DNA of 64,000 bases from Planctomycetota bacterium. GTDB taxonomy: Bacteria > Planctomycetota > B15-G4 > SIAN01. Within the stretch, counting starts at the first letter, position 1. Every line of letters begins with the position of its first letter. The notes beneath the pieces are model-generated. The model was not told where the DNA came from, made no database searches, and saw only the letters and a program-made list of their open reading frames with translations. The stretch spans positions 17,106 through 81,105 of the forward strand of contig JANNXA010000043.1 in the NCBI GenBank assembly GCA_031409275.1. Direction: 5' to 3'. Shown in pieces: positions 10,391 to 20,552 of this stretch. A program made the position numbers and the translations under genes.

Positions 10391-10999
10391 ATGGAAGAGC
10401 TTCTCGACGCCCCTGACGTCTACGCGCGCTGGTTCGCGCGTTGGTTGCGTTCCGCCGATCGCGAGCGGCGCGGGGCCGAATCGCTGCGCCCCGACCTGAT
10501 CGAGGTGGCGGCGTTTCGTGCGGTCCCGGCCGCCGAGCTCTCCACGCTGGCGAGCGAGGTGCAGCAGAAAGTTCTCGATCAGATCGGCCGCATGGTCGCC
10601 GCAGCGCGCGTCGACTGGAAGGAGTGGTGCGGGCGCCACGACGTGCTGTCGCGCGAGGGGCTCGGCGCGATCGACGCGGGCTTCGATCCGGCGGCCATCG
10701 CGCAGATCCACTCGAGCAGCGACCCCGAAGATTTCGGCAATACGTTGCTGGTCACGGCGTGCGAGCTTGGCGGCGTGATCGGCAGCGCGCTCGCGGCGGC
10801 GCGCCCGTCGTTGCACTGGGTTCCCGACTGGCCCTACTTCGAGTCGACGCTGGTCGATCGGCCGACGGGTGTGGTGATCCCGCCGTTCCACTGGGCGATC
10901 CGCAAGCTCTCGGCGCAAGGTGCCGGCGGCGGGCTGGTCGAACGCGTGGGCGTCGTGCTGTCGCACCTGGCCCAACGCGCGCAGGAGCTGAATCGATGA
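10391..10999 (+). CDS. Hypothetical protein
   Basis: Protein-like tail of ORF 8891..10999 from MEELLDAPDV; ATGA overlap with the next gene. Confidence 0.7.
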   Translation: MEELLDAPDVYARWFARWLRSADRERRGAESLRPDLIEVAAFRAVPAAELSTLASEVQQKVLDQIGRMVAAARVDWKEWCGRHDVLSREGLGAIDAGFDPAAIAQIHSSSDPEDFGNTLLVTACELGGVIGSALAAARPSLHWVPDWPYFESTLVDRPTGVVIPPFHWAIRKLSAQGAGGGLVERVGVVLSHLAQRAQELNR

Positions 11000-11916
11000 C
11001 CCCGCCGCCGCTGTCGACAGCGCGCCTGCTGCTGCGGCCGTTCGTCGCCGCCGATGCGGCCGCGGTGCAGGAGCTGGCCTCGGCGCGCGAGATCGCGGCG
11101 ACGACCGCGAACCTTCCGCATCCCTATCCCGAGGGGGCTGCGGCGACGTGGATCGCGACTCACGCGGCGCTGAACGCGGCCGGTACCGCGGTCATCTACG
11201 CGATCACGACGCCCGAGGATGGCGTCGTCGGGGCCATCGAGCTGCGCGTCGCCCCGGCGCAGATGCACGCGGAGCTCGGCTACTGGATCGGCCTTCCGTT
11301 CTGGGGCCGCGGCTTCGCGACGGAAGCGGCGCAGGCGCTCGTCCGTCACGGCTTCGTGACGCTCGGCCTGAAGCGGATCTTCGCGCACCACATGTGCAGC
11401 AACCCGGCTTCGGGCGAAGTGCTGCGGAAGGTCGGCATGCATTGGGAGGGGCGGTTGCGCGCGCACCTCCATCGCGGACGACAGTTCCACGACGTCGATC
11501 TGTGGGGAATGGTCGACGAGGAGCACGAGAAGCTCGCGACCCGTCGCCTGGCCGCCACCGCCTTCGAACATGCGACCCCGGTGCTGCCGGCCCTCGACCT
11601 TGCGCAAGCGCTCGATTTCTATGAGCGCCGTCTCGGCTGGAGGAAGGTCTTTTGTTTTCCTGAGCTAGGCTACGCCGGCCTCGAGCGCAATGGCGCCACG
11701 CTCCATCTTTGGAAGTGCGACGACCCCGAGATCCCTCGCAACAGCAGCTGCCGTTTCCGCGTGCGCGGTGTTGATGCGCTGTACGCCGAGTATCAAGCCG
11801 CCGGAGTCGTCCATCCGAATGGGGCGCTGGAGCTCAAACCCTGGGGCTCGCGGGAGTTCATCGCTCTAGATCGGGATGGCAATGCGCTGCACTTCGCCGA
11901 AACCACGCCTGGATGA
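10996..11916 (+). CDS. RimJ/RimL-type GNAT N-acetyltransferase fused to a VOC/bleomycin-resistance-like domain
   Basis: LSTARLLLRPF, AELGYWIG..FWGRGFATEA, NPASGEVLRKVGM; then PVLPALDLAQALDFYERRLG..KPWGSREFIALDRDGN. Confidence 0.88.
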   Translation: MTPPPLSTARLLLRPFVAADAAAVQELASAREIAATTANLPHPYPEGAAATWIATHAALNAAGTAVIYAITTPEDGVVGAIELRVAPAQMHAELGYWIGLPFWGRGFATEAAQALVRHGFVTLGLKRIFAHHMCSNPASGEVLRKVGMHWEGRLRAHLHRGRQFHDVDLWGMVDEEHEKLATRRLAATAFEHATPVLPALDLAQALDFYERRLGWRKVFCFPELGYAGLERNGATLHLWKCDDPEIPRNSSCRFRVRGVDALYAEYQAAGVVHPNGALELKPWGSREFIALDRDGNALHFAETTPG

Positions 11917-11947
11917 ATCGCCGCTGCGGCGTTGGCGTCGACGTCTC

Positions 11948-13021
11948 GTGAAGGGGTTGCTCGGGACGCTGGGCGCGGTGGCGCTGCTGGCCACGATCGA
12001 GGGGCTGATCTCGTTCGCGATCGTGGCACGCTCGATCGCCAACAAGACCAGCCCGATCCTGCGCGCCTCGCGCCAGAAGATGACACGCTTCGACGCCGAA
12101 CTGGGCTGGTCGCCGACTCCAGGCCACCGCGATCCCGATGCCTTGGGTCCCGGTCGCGCCACTTCGATCGGCGCGCAAGGTTTCCGCGGCATGCGTCCGG
12201 TCACGCCGCAAGTCGAGCCGGGGCGATTGCGCGTCGTGATCGCTGGCGACTCGTTCGCGTTCGGGACCGGAGTCGCCGACGAGGAGACCTGGGCGCGCGG
12301 TCTCGAGCGGGTGGAGCCGAAGCTCGAGACGGTGAATCTCGCGGTGGGCGGCTACGGTTGCGATCAGGCGTTCCTGCGCTACCGCCGCGACGGCGCAGCG
12401 CTCGAGCACCAGATCGTGCTGTTCTGCTTCATCACGGAAGATCTGCGACGCATGGTGGTGCCGCCCGAGTGGGGCGCCGAGAAGCCGCACCTCGTCGTGC
12501 GCGACGGCGTGCTGGCCGTGGCGGGCGTGCCGGTGAAGCAAGTCGATCCGACGTTGCGCTTCCTGCGCCAGGCCGGAACCTTCGTCCAGGAATTGCGCCT
12601 CGTGCAACTGCTCGATCGGGCGATCGGCTCGGCCGCGCCGCGCCCCGCGCTGTCGCAGGATGGCGCGCTGCGCGAGCTGTCGCGCGCGCTGTTCGCCGAG
12701 TTGGCGACGCTCGCCAAGACGCGTGGCGCGCACCTCGTCGTCCTCCATCTGCCGGTCGAGAGCGAGCGCGGCGGTGGCAGCATCGACACGCTGGCACCGG
12801 AGCTTGCGCAGCATGTGCGCGCGCAGGGCGGCGACTGGATCGACCTGCTGGACGAGTTCCGCGGCCTGAACGAGTCGGACCACGCTGCGCTTTTCCTGCG
12901 CGCGCCTGAGTACGGTGCGGGCCACTACAACGTCTCGGGTTGCGCGCGCGTCGCCGACTGGGTGCACGCCAGGTTGAGCGCGCTGCCGGTGCCGTCCACG
13001 CACCTCGCCGACGGTCGCTGA
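11948..13021 (+). CDS. SGNH/GDSL hydrolase family membrane-anchored protein
   Basis: GDSFAFG, NLAVGGYG, GHYN; N-terminal TM; start uncertain. Confidence 0.85.
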   Translation: MKGLLGTLGAVALLATIEGLISFAIVARSIANKTSPILRASRQKMTRFDAELGWSPTPGHRDPDALGPGRATSIGAQGFRGMRPVTPQVEPGRLRVVIAGDSFAFGTGVADEETWARGLERVEPKLETVNLAVGGYGCDQAFLRYRRDGAALEHQIVLFCFITEDLRRMVVPPEWGAEKPHLVVRDGVLAVAGVPVKQVDPTLRFLRQAGTFVQELRLVQLLDRAIGSAAPRPALSQDGALRELSRALFAELATLAKTRGAHLVVLHLPVESERGGGSIDTLAPELAQHVRAQGGDWIDLLDEFRGLNESDHAALFLRAPEYGAGHYNVSGCARVADWVHARLSALPVPSTHLADGR

Positions 13022-13033
13022 AGCGCTCGCGGT

Positions 13034-13759
13034 TCAGGGTGTCGAAGGCTCCTTCACGACCAGCACTTCGTCGAGCGTCTTGCGGGTGAGGTCGGGCACC
13101 AGTGCATTCGCGGCTGGATAGCCCACCGGCAGCAGCAGGAACGCCTTCTCGTTGCGCGGCCGCTCGAGGATCTCGGCGAGGAACCCCATCGGGCTTGGCG
13201 TGTGGGTCAGCGTGACGAGGCCCGCGGCATGGACGGCCGCGAGGAAGAAGCCCGCGGCGATCCCGACCGACTCGTTCACGTAGTAGTGCTTCGCGGTCGT
13301 CCCGTCCGCGCGCAGCGCGTGCTCCTGCTTGAAGAGCACGACCAACCATGGAGCGGTCTCGAGGAACGGCTTCTCCCAGGTCGTGCCGAGCGGCGCGAGG
13401 TCGCGTCGCCACTCCTCCGACATGCGGCCGCCGTACGCGAGCTGCTCTTCGTGCTCGGCGGCGACGCGGATCTTCCGCTTGAGCAGCGGATCGGCGACGG
13501 CGACAAAGGTCCACGGCTGTTTGTGGGCACCGGACGGAGCGCTCGCCGCAGCGCGCACCAGCTCCTCGATCACCACGCGTGCGACTGGCGCGTCGCTGAA
13601 GTCGCGAATCGAGCGGCGCGTCGCGAGCGCCATCCGGAAACGGGTCGCTGCCGCAAGCACCTCATCTGGCGTGCGCACGGTCCCGTCGTAGCGAACGAAG
13701 CGGGATCTCAGGGCGTCGTCGACTTCGTCTCGACCGCGAGGAGGCTCTGACGCAGGCAT
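13034..13759 (-). CDS. Nitroreductase family, iodotyrosine deiodinase (IYD)-like
   Basis: RRSIRDFS, APSGAHKQPW, EEWRRDLAPLGTTWEKPFLE, HYYVNESVGIA, LTHTPSPM. Confidence 0.88.
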   Translation of the reverse strand: MPASEPPRGRDEVDDALRSRFVRYDGTVRTPDEVLAAATRFRMALATRRSIRDFSDAPVARVVIEELVRAAASAPSGAHKQPWTFVAVADPLLKRKIRVAAEHEEQLAYGGRMSEEWRRDLAPLGTTWEKPFLETAPWLVVLFKQEHALRADGTTAKHYYVNESVGIAAGFFLAAVHAAGLVTLTHTPSPMGFLAEILERPRNEKAFLLLPVGYPAANALVPDLTRKTLDEVLVVKEPSTP

Positions 13760-15876
13760 CGCTCGAGTTCCAGGAGGCCAAACGGCTTCTGCAGGAAGCC
13801 GGCCAGTCCGGCGCCTTGGAAGCGCTCGAGCGCGTCGCCCGCCGAGTATCCGGTCATCAGCACGACGCGCAGCTTCGGGCGCAGGCGGCGCATGCTACGG
13901 AAGACCTCCTCGCCCGACATGCGCGGCATCGTGAGGTCGAGCAGGACCAGGCTCACCGTGTCGCCAAGGTCGTTCAACGCGCGCAGCGCCTCCGCGCCGC
14001 CGGCGACGGGATGCGCGGTGAAGCCGATGCGCTCCAGCATGCGCGTCGTCGCGGCGCGCACCATCGGCTCGTCTTCGACCAGCAGCACGACGCCGCGGAG
14101 CGCTCCTTGCCCGGCGGCTTTCGCCGGCGGCGCGGGGACGACGCTGGGCGTCGGGGCGCCGTCCACGGCGGCCGTCGGCAGCAGCAGGCGGAAGCGGCTG
14201 CCGCGACCGGGAGCGCTGCGCACGGTCAATGCCCCGCGATGGCCGCGCGCGATGCCATGCGCCACCGCCAGACCCAGCCCGCGTCCCGGCTCCTTGGTGC
14301 TGAAGAACGGCTCGAAGATGCGACCAAGCGCCTTCTCATCGATGCCGCAGCCGTCGTCGCCGACCTCGACGAAGAGATGCTCGCCGTCCTCGAGGTCAGC
14401 GGTCGCTCGCAACGCCTGGCGTGCCGCGCCATCGATGGCGATCCGCCCGGTCGCGAGGCGCAGCCGGCCACCGCTGGCGGGAAGCGCTTCGATGGCATTC
14501 CGCACGAGCAGCTCGACGAGCTGCGTGAGTCGCGCGCCGTCCCCCTTCACCGCGGGCAACGACCGCGCGAGGTCGAGCTCGACCCGAACGGTTGGCGGCA
14601 GCGACGCGAGCAGTGGCTGCGCCGCGAGTTGGGCGAGATCGGAGAGGTCGTGCGGTTGCGGGTCGCGGATGCAGTGTCCCGCGCACGCCAGCATCTGCTG
14701 CGCGACTTCGGCGGCACTCCGCGTGGAACGCTCGATCGCCTCGAGGTGGCGGGCGAGGCTCGAGTGTTCCGTCGTCTCGATGTCCGTTCGCGCCATCGTC
14801 ACGTGGCCGAGCACCCCCGTGAGGCGGTTGTTGAGGTCGTGCGCGAGCCCCGCCGCCAGGACTCCGAGCCCCTCGTTCTTGCGGGCCTCGAACAGCTCGC
14901 GTTCGGCCGCGCGACGCTTCTCGTCGGAATCGCGCCACTCGATCTCGGCGGCGATGCGGTCGGCGTAGAGGCGCGCGATCGGCAACTGCGCCAGCCGCTC
15001 ACTCAGCGGCTGATCGTGCAGCACGCTCACGTGGCCGAGCAGACGTCCATCACGTGCCCGAATCTGGAGCCCGAGGTACGCGCGAGCAGGCAGCAGTCGC
15101 AACAACGGCCAATCGGGGAAGCGCTGCGCGAATCCATCGGCCACCAGGAACGTCGGCTGCTGGTAGACGACGGCGCACGGCGTGCCTTCGAGGTTCGCCT
15201 CGCCGCCCGCCACCGACCCGCCATCGACGATGATCGCGGAGGTGCGGACGTGGCCGGGGCGTTGCGGCAGCAGCTCGCACACGAAGCCGGCACGAACGTG
15301 CAACGCCCGCGCCAGCGAACGGGTCAATCCCTCGATGACGTCGTGGCCGTGACGGCCATCGGCGACCGCGACCAGCTCTTCGAGCTCGTGGATCGCGCGC
15401 CGAGCCGCCAGTTCGCCGGAAACGCGCACCTCGAACAGCTTGAGCTTCGCGATGCGCGCCGCGGGATCGCTGCACGGTTCTCGATCGATCACGGTCAGGC
15501 TGCCAAGCGAGCGACCCGCCTCATCGGTGAGCCGCAGCCCGACGAAGCTATTCGCTCCGAGCGTCTTCAGGACGGCCAGATCAGGGAATGCGGCCTGCAG
15601 GTCGCTCGGGTAGACGCACTCGCCGCGTGCCAAGGTCTGCTCGCACGGCGTTCCCGCCAGATCGAGTTCGAGCGGGTCGTCGATATCTGCGCCTGCATGG
15701 CTCGCGGCCGCGACGCGCAGACGCTCCCACCCCGCGCCGACGCGCTCCCACACGATGACCCACTCGCACCCGAGCGCGCGCGCGAGGTGATGGACCACCC
15801 AGCGGAGGAACGGAGTTCCGGGTGCGCAGCGAAGACCCTGCGAGAGTTCGACTGTGAGTTCATCTGGCGTGGGCAT
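13708..15876 (-). CDS. Hybrid sensor histidine kinase (2x GAF, HisKA, HATPase, REC)
   Basis: Two 'L.GTPC' GAF repeats; AHDLNN; LVRNA; DDGCG; FEPFFSTK; GLGLA; LLVEDE..LLDLTMP..FLQKPF. Confidence 0.93.
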   Translation of the reverse strand: MPTPDELTVELSQGLRCAPGTPFLRWVVHHLARALGCEWVIVWERVGAGWERLRVAAASHAGADIDDPLELDLAGTPCEQTLARGECVYPSDLQAAFPDLAVLKTLGANSFVGLRLTDEAGRSLGSLTVIDREPCSDPAARIAKLKLFEVRVSGELAARRAIHELEELVAVADGRHGHDVIEGLTRSLARALHVRAGFVCELLPQRPGHVRTSAIIVDGGSVAGGEANLEGTPCAVVYQQPTFLVADGFAQRFPDWPLLRLLPARAYLGLQIRARDGRLLGHVSVLHDQPLSERLAQLPIARLYADRIAAEIEWRDSDEKRRAAERELFEARKNEGLGVLAAGLAHDLNNRLTGVLGHVTMARTDIETTEHSSLARHLEAIERSTRSAAEVAQQMLACAGHCIRDPQPHDLSDLAQLAAQPLLASLPPTVRVELDLARSLPAVKGDGARLTQLVELLVRNAIEALPASGGRLRLATGRIAIDGAARQALRATADLEDGEHLFVEVGDDGCGIDEKALGRIFEPFFSTKEPGRGLGLAVAHGIARGHRGALTVRSAPGRGSRFRLLLPTAAVDGAPTPSVVPAPPAKAAGQGALRGVVLLVEDEPMVRAATTRMLERIGFTAHPVAGGAEALRALNDLGDTVSLVLLDLTMPRMSGEEVFRSMRRLRPKLRVVLMTGYSAGDALERFQGAGLAGFLQKPFGLLELERCLRQSLLAVETKSTTP

Positions 15877-15950
15877 CGCTCGCTCGTCGGACCGCCTGGC
15901 GCGGAACCAACGAAGATCTTCGGATCGAGGTGCGCTGCGAGGAAGTCGTG

Positions 15951-15994
15951 AAAACCCCCGACGCAGCCAGCGTTCCTAGGTAGTTCGTCGGGGG
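15951..15994 (-). terminator. Possible intrinsic terminator
   Basis: Arms CCCCCGACG (15955-15963) and CGTCGGGGG (15986-15994) followed by TTTT on the minus strand, directly after the TAG of the PVC-type gene; the 22-nt loop is long. Confidence 0.45.
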
Positions 15995-18900
15995 CTATTG
16001 CCGCAGCGTCTCGAGCCAGCTCACGAGGTCGGCGAGTTCCTGGCGTCGCAGCGGTTCCGCGAGTCCGCTCGGCATCGCGGAGAGCTTGCTCTCCTTGCGC
16101 GAACGCACCTGGTCGGTGCGCAGCGTCCGCGGCCGAGCGGTCGCATCGACCATCGTCAGCACTCCTTCCGCTTCCTTCGTGATGAGTCCGCTGATCACGT
16201 CGCCGTCCGCCAGCACGAGGTTGGTCGCGCGGTAGCCGTCCTGGATGCGCTGCGACGGTTCGAGGATCGAGGTGATCAGCTCGGCGCGCGGATACTTCGT
16301 GCCGACGTCGCGCAGGTCGGGGCCCACGAGCGGTCCGACCCCTGCGACGGCGTGGCAACGAAAGCAGCCTGGCCCCTGTTCCGAGAAGAAGAGCGCCTTG
16401 CCACGCGTCGGGTCGCCGCGATTCACCACAGCGAACTCGCGCCATGTCGCGAGGTCGAAGGCGATCTCCGCCGGGCCGGCGGCGGCGGTGGCACCGTCGA
16501 AGAGCGGGCCGGTCGATTCCTCGCTCACCTTGACGTTGAACGCCCAGTCGCCGCCGTTCTGTTCGATTCGCAGGAGCAGCTCGTTGCGTCCGGCGACCAG
16601 CGCCACCTGGAAGCGATCCTGATCGGGGCCCCATGCACGGTCGCCGAGGTTGCTGTGCACCAGCGTGCCGTTGCACCAGACCGTGACGCCATCGTCGCTG
16701 CCCAGCGAGACCTGGGCTGCGCGGGCGCGCGTCGAGTCGAAGGTGGCGCGCGCGTAGGCCGCAACGTGGTCCCGCGGCGCGAGGCGCTGCTTCAAGTCGA
16801 CGAAGCCGTGCGGCAATGCGGCGGTGACGTCGACGCGAGTGGCTGACGCGGTCGCGAAATCGGCCGGGCTCGCCAGCGCCACCTCGCGTTCGAACGGGCC
16901 GAGCAGCTGCCACGCGAGCAGCGGCTGCGGGACGTCGTAGATCTCGCGCACCTGAGCCAGCGCGTCGCCCGCCAGCACGCCGCGGGTGGCCAGCTTCTCG
17001 AGTTCGCCGCGCACCTCGTGACGCAGCGCGATCAGGGCGCCGCGACAGGCGGCCTGCTCTTCCGGGCTGCCCGAAAGTCCGGCGACGAAACTGCCAAGCT
17101 CCGTGCGCTGCGGCCATTGCGACAACCCGATCCGCGCGGCGCGAACGACGGCGGCATCAGTGTCATCGAGCGCGTGTCGCAACTCCTCGCCCGCCCCCGA
17201 ACCCAGCAGCGTCGCGAGCGACGTCACGGCCGCCGCCCGCACGACCGCAGCGGAGTCGGCGAGCTGCGCTCGCAGCCAATCGACCGCGTCCGTGTCGCGC
17301 AGCTCGGCCAGCAATGCGATCCGTTGCGCTCGCTCCGCCAGATCGGTGCACTGTTGCGCGAGCCGACGCAGCGGCGGCAGCAGCGCGGGGGAGCGAGTCA
17401 GACGAGCGATGGTGGCGAGCGTTTCGCGCAGCTCCGGCGGCGGGTCGCCCTCGAAGGCGCGCTGGATCACGGCGGCGATGCGAGCGGTTCCTTCCCAGCG
17501 CTCGCTCTTCGCGGGCGGGGGGTTCTTCGCCGGCTGCGTCAGCCACCACTTGCCATCCCACGGTGGCGCGCGCTTCTCCACCTCGGCGAGCGTGAGGAGT
17601 GCCTGCGCGCGCAGCTGCGGCGCGACGGTGCTCTTCTCGACGGCTGCGATCAGCGCATCGACGAGGCGCAAGTCGTAGAGCTCGCGCAGCGCGAGCCACA
17701 GCTCCGCCTGGGCCGCGGGATTCGTCACGACGACGAACTTCTGCAGCAGCAGCTTGGCGTCGAACTCGGGGCGCGACACCAGCGCGCGCAACGCCTGGCG
17801 GCTGGCGAAGCGGAGGAAACGGTCGTCGCTGGTCGTGAGCGTCTCGATCAGCGGCTCGGTTGCCGTCACGTCCCCGCGCCGGCCGAGCGCGATCGCCGCT
17901 TCACGTCGCGCCACCGGTTCCGACGTCGCGGCGAGCAGCGTGCGCAGCCAACTCACCATCGATTCGCTGGTCGAGCGCAGCTGGCCGAGCGCGCGCGCCA
18001 GCTGGGCCCGGTCGTCGCCGCGACCGGCTTCGGTCCGGATCGAAGCGGCCAGCGACTGCAGCCTGCCGGCGGCATCGGCGCCGACGCTTCCGCTCGCGCG
18101 ACTCGCCTCGGCGAGCGCCCAGATCGCGTGCCGCCGCGCCCGCTCGTCGAGGTTCTGCGTGGCGGTGGCGGCGATCGCATGCAGCAGCGTCGGGTCGATC
18201 ACGGCGCGCGCCGTGAGCTCGCGTTGCGCGGCGACGCGGCGGCGAAAGCTGGGATGCGCGAGGTTGGCCAGGAGGCCCGCCACCGTGGCTTTCGCGCGCG
18301 CGGCGAGGGTGCCGTCGACGAGGTCCCCGATCGGCATCGGGCCGGCGAGGTCGGGCTCCTGACGGACGCGCCAGACGTGCCCAGCCACGTCCGGCGTCGT
18401 CCAGCCCGGATGGTTCCAGTCGGCGACGTAGAGGTAGCGGCCGTCGGGGCTTTCACACAGATCGAGCGGCCGCAGCTCGCCGCTGCCGCCGGCGGCGAGG
18501 AAGTCGCTGCTGCCCGTGCAGCGAAAGGTCGCGCCATCGCGCTCGACCGTGTAGCGACGCACGACGCGATCGGTCCAGTCGCATGCCAGCACGGCGCCGC
18601 GATACTCCGAAGGCCACGCCGCCTCGCGATAGACCAGAGAGCCGACGCCCGACCCGCCGCCATCGTCCTTCATGCACGGCAGCATCCGCTCGGGATGGTC
18701 GTGGTAGTCGTAGGGGTAGCCGTAGTAGCCGGTCGGCATCACGTGGGTGAAGCGCGTCCACCAGCCGAGCCCGTCGTCGGTGTTGTCGTAGGTGAAGATC
18801 TCGTCGCGTTCGTCGAGCGCGACATCGAGGTGGTTGCGCGTGCCGGTCGCCACGACTTCGAGCTGCGTCCCGTCGGGACGGACGCGCACCACGCCGCCGC

Positions 18901-19486
18901 CATGCAACTGGATCGTGCTGCCATCGACGCCATGCGCGCCGGGCACCCCCTTGTCGCCGACCGACACGTAGAGCCAGCCGTCCATGCCGAGCCGCAGCCC
19001 CGACACGATGTGGTCGTTGAAGCCGCCCGGCCACCCCGGCGCGTTGGGGCCGAGGTCGGTGAGGAGCTCGCGGCGCTCTTCGGCGACACCATCGCCATTG
19101 CGGTCACGCAGCACCGTGAGGTGCGGCATGTTCATCACGTAGATCGCGTCGTCGATCTCCTGGATCCCCATCACGGCAAAGAGGCGATCGCAGAAGAGCG
19201 TGCGCACGTAGCTGCCGTCGGCCGCGAACCGCAGCAGCCAGATCTTGTCGATCGGCTGATCGGCCGGGCCCGGCATGTCCATCGCGTCCTCGGCCACCAG
19301 CAGTGCGCCGTCCTCGCGACAGTGGACCGCCGAAGGCCACTTCACCTGCGGATGGGAGACGACGAGGTCGACGGCGAAGCCCGGCGGCGCGGTGGGCGCC
19401 TCTGCGATGCTGCGGACCCGTTCCGAGGCGGCGAGGGGGGTGTCCTGCGCGAGCGTGGCGATCAGCGCGAGAAGAGGCGTGGGCAC
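15995..19486 (-). CDS. PVC-type heme-binding CxxCH protein (beta-propeller dehydrogenase-like, HEAT repeats, PA14-like, cytochrome c)
   Basis: PPGFAVDLV, GMDGWLYVSVGD, GTRNH, HEAT region, GDPTRGKALF..CFRCH..GPDL..SILEPS..SAMPSGL; GTG start 19486. Confidence 0.92.
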   Translation of the reverse strand: MPTPLLALIATLAQDTPLAASERVRSIAEAPTAPPGFAVDLVVSHPQVKWPSAVHCREDGALLVAEDAMDMPGPADQPIDKIWLLRFAADGSYVRTLFCDRLFAVMGIQEIDDAIYVMNMPHLTVLRDRNGDGVAEERRELLTDLGPNAPGWPGGFNDHIVSGLRLGMDGWLYVSVGDKGVPGAHGVDGSTIQLHGGGVVRVRPDGTQLEVVATGTRNHLDVALDERDEIFTYDNTDDGLGWWTRFTHVMPTGYYGYPYDYHDHPERMLPCMKDDGGGSGVGSLVYREAAWPSEYRGAVLACDWTDRVVRRYTVERDGATFRCTGSSDFLAAGGSGELRPLDLCESPDGRYLYVADWNHPGWTTPDVAGHVWRVRQEPDLAGPMPIGDLVDGTLAARAKATVAGLLANLAHPSFRRRVAAQRELTARAVIDPTLLHAIAATATQNLDERARRHAIWALAEASRASGSVGADAAGRLQSLAASIRTEAGRGDDRAQLARALGQLRSTSESMVSWLRTLLAATSEPVARREAAIALGRRGDVTATEPLIETLTTSDDRFLRFASRQALRALVSRPEFDAKLLLQKFVVVTNPAAQAELWLALRELYDLRLVDALIAAVEKSTVAPQLRAQALLTLAEVEKRAPPWDGKWWLTQPAKNPPPAKSERWEGTARIAAVIQRAFEGDPPPELRETLATIARLTRSPALLPPLRRLAQQCTDLAERAQRIALLAELRDTDAVDWLRAQLADSAAVVRAAAVTSLATLLGSGAGEELRHALDDTDAAVVRAARIGLSQWPQRTELGSFVAGLSGSPEEQAACRGALIALRHEVRGELEKLATRGVLAGDALAQVREIYDVPQPLLAWQLLGPFEREVALASPADFATASATRVDVTAALPHGFVDLKQRLAPRDHVAAYARATFDSTRARAAQVSLGSDDGVTVWCNGTLVHSNLGDRAWGPDQDRFQVALVAGRNELLLRIEQNGGDWAFNVKVSEESTGPLFDGATAAAGPAEIAFDLATWREFAVVNRGDPTRGKALFFSEQGPGCFRCHAVAGVGPLVGPDLRDVGTKYPRAELITSILEPSQRIQDGYRATNLVLADGDVISGLITKEAEGVLTMVDATARPRTLRTDQVRSRKESKLSAMPSGLAEPLRRQELADLVSWLETLRQ

Positions 19487-19669
19487 CGTGCGGCTCCGAC
19501 GAGGCGGGGAGGGAAACGGTCGCGATCGGCGATGCGGTCGGCGCCCCACTCTGCCGGACCGTTGGCGACGCGCAAGGCACGTTCGCGTCGCGCGAATCGC
19601 GGTGGCAGACTGCGCCGCGGCACGATCTGGAAGCGCGAGATTGCAAGGGCCTCGACGAGGAGCGAAGTG

Positions 19670-20545
19670 ATGACGAGCGGAATCCTGGTGCGTTGGTGCA
19701 GTTGGATCGTGGCAGCGGCGGTTTCTGCCAATGGGGTGACGATGGGGCAGGGCGCGCCCGCGGCGACTGCGCCAGCGCAGGGCAAGCCCGCCGGCACCAC
19801 CGGCGTCCTCTCCGAAGAGGAGTTCGCCAAGCTCCACACGCTGAAGGCCGAGGAAGCGCCCGCGCCGCTCGGGACGATGGTCGATCTCGCGGATGGCACC
19901 AAGGGCTACCTCGCGCTGCCGGAAGGTTGGAAGCCGGGCGGGCCGGCGATGGTGGTGATCCACGAGTGGTGGGGACTCAACTCCCACATCAAGCACTGGG
20001 CTGATCGCTTCACCGCCACGGGTCGCGCCGCGCTCGCCGTCGATCTCTATGGCGGACAGGTGGCGAGCGCTCCGAAGGACGCCATGGCGATGATGCGCGC
20101 AGTCGACGAGAAGAAGGCCGTCGCCACGATGTTGTCGGGACTCGCGTTCCTGAAAGAGGATGCGCGCGTCAAGGCGGGCAAGTGCGGCTCGATCGGCTGG
20201 TGCTTCGGCGGCGGCATGTCGCTGCAGCTCGCGCTGCATGCGCCGACGCTCGACGCGGCGGTGATGTACTACGGCAAGCCGGTCACCGATGCCGCCGAAC
20301 TGAAGCAGCTGAAGGCGCCGTTGCTCGGCATCTTCGGCGAGCGTGATGCCGCCTTCCCGCCCGCGTTGATCGAGCAGTTCAAGGCGGGGCTGACCACGGC
20401 GGGCGCTGCCGGCGCGATCCATCTGTTCCCGGCGGATCACGCTTTCGCCAACCCGTCCGGCGCGAAGTACGACGCCAAGGCGGCCGCGGCGGCATGGGCG
20501 AAGGTGCAGGCCTTCCTCGACGACAAGCTGCCAGTCGTGAAGTGA
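19670..20545 (+). CDS. Dienelactone hydrolase family protein (exported)
   Basis: IHEWWGLN, GWCFGGG, DHAFANPSG; GAGGAG RBS. Confidence 0.93.
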   Translation: MTSGILVRWCSWIVAAAVSANGVTMGQGAPAATAPAQGKPAGTTGVLSEEEFAKLHTLKAEEAPAPLGTMVDLADGTKGYLALPEGWKPGGPAMVVIHEWWGLNSHIKHWADRFTATGRAALAVDLYGGQVASAPKDAMAMMRAVDEKKAVATMLSGLAFLKEDARVKAGKCGSIGWCFGGGMSLQLALHAPTLDAAVMYYGKPVTDAAELKQLKAPLLGIFGERDAAFPPALIEQFKAGLTTAGAAGAIHLFPADHAFANPSGAKYDAKAAAAAWAKVQAFLDDKLPVVK

Positions 20546-20552
20546 GCGCGCG

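Noticed and set aside
13034..13759. Functional link between the IYD-like enzyme and the selenoproteins
   Set aside because: IYD is flavin-dependent and Sec-independent, and it lies over 20 kb away; nothing in the sequence links them.
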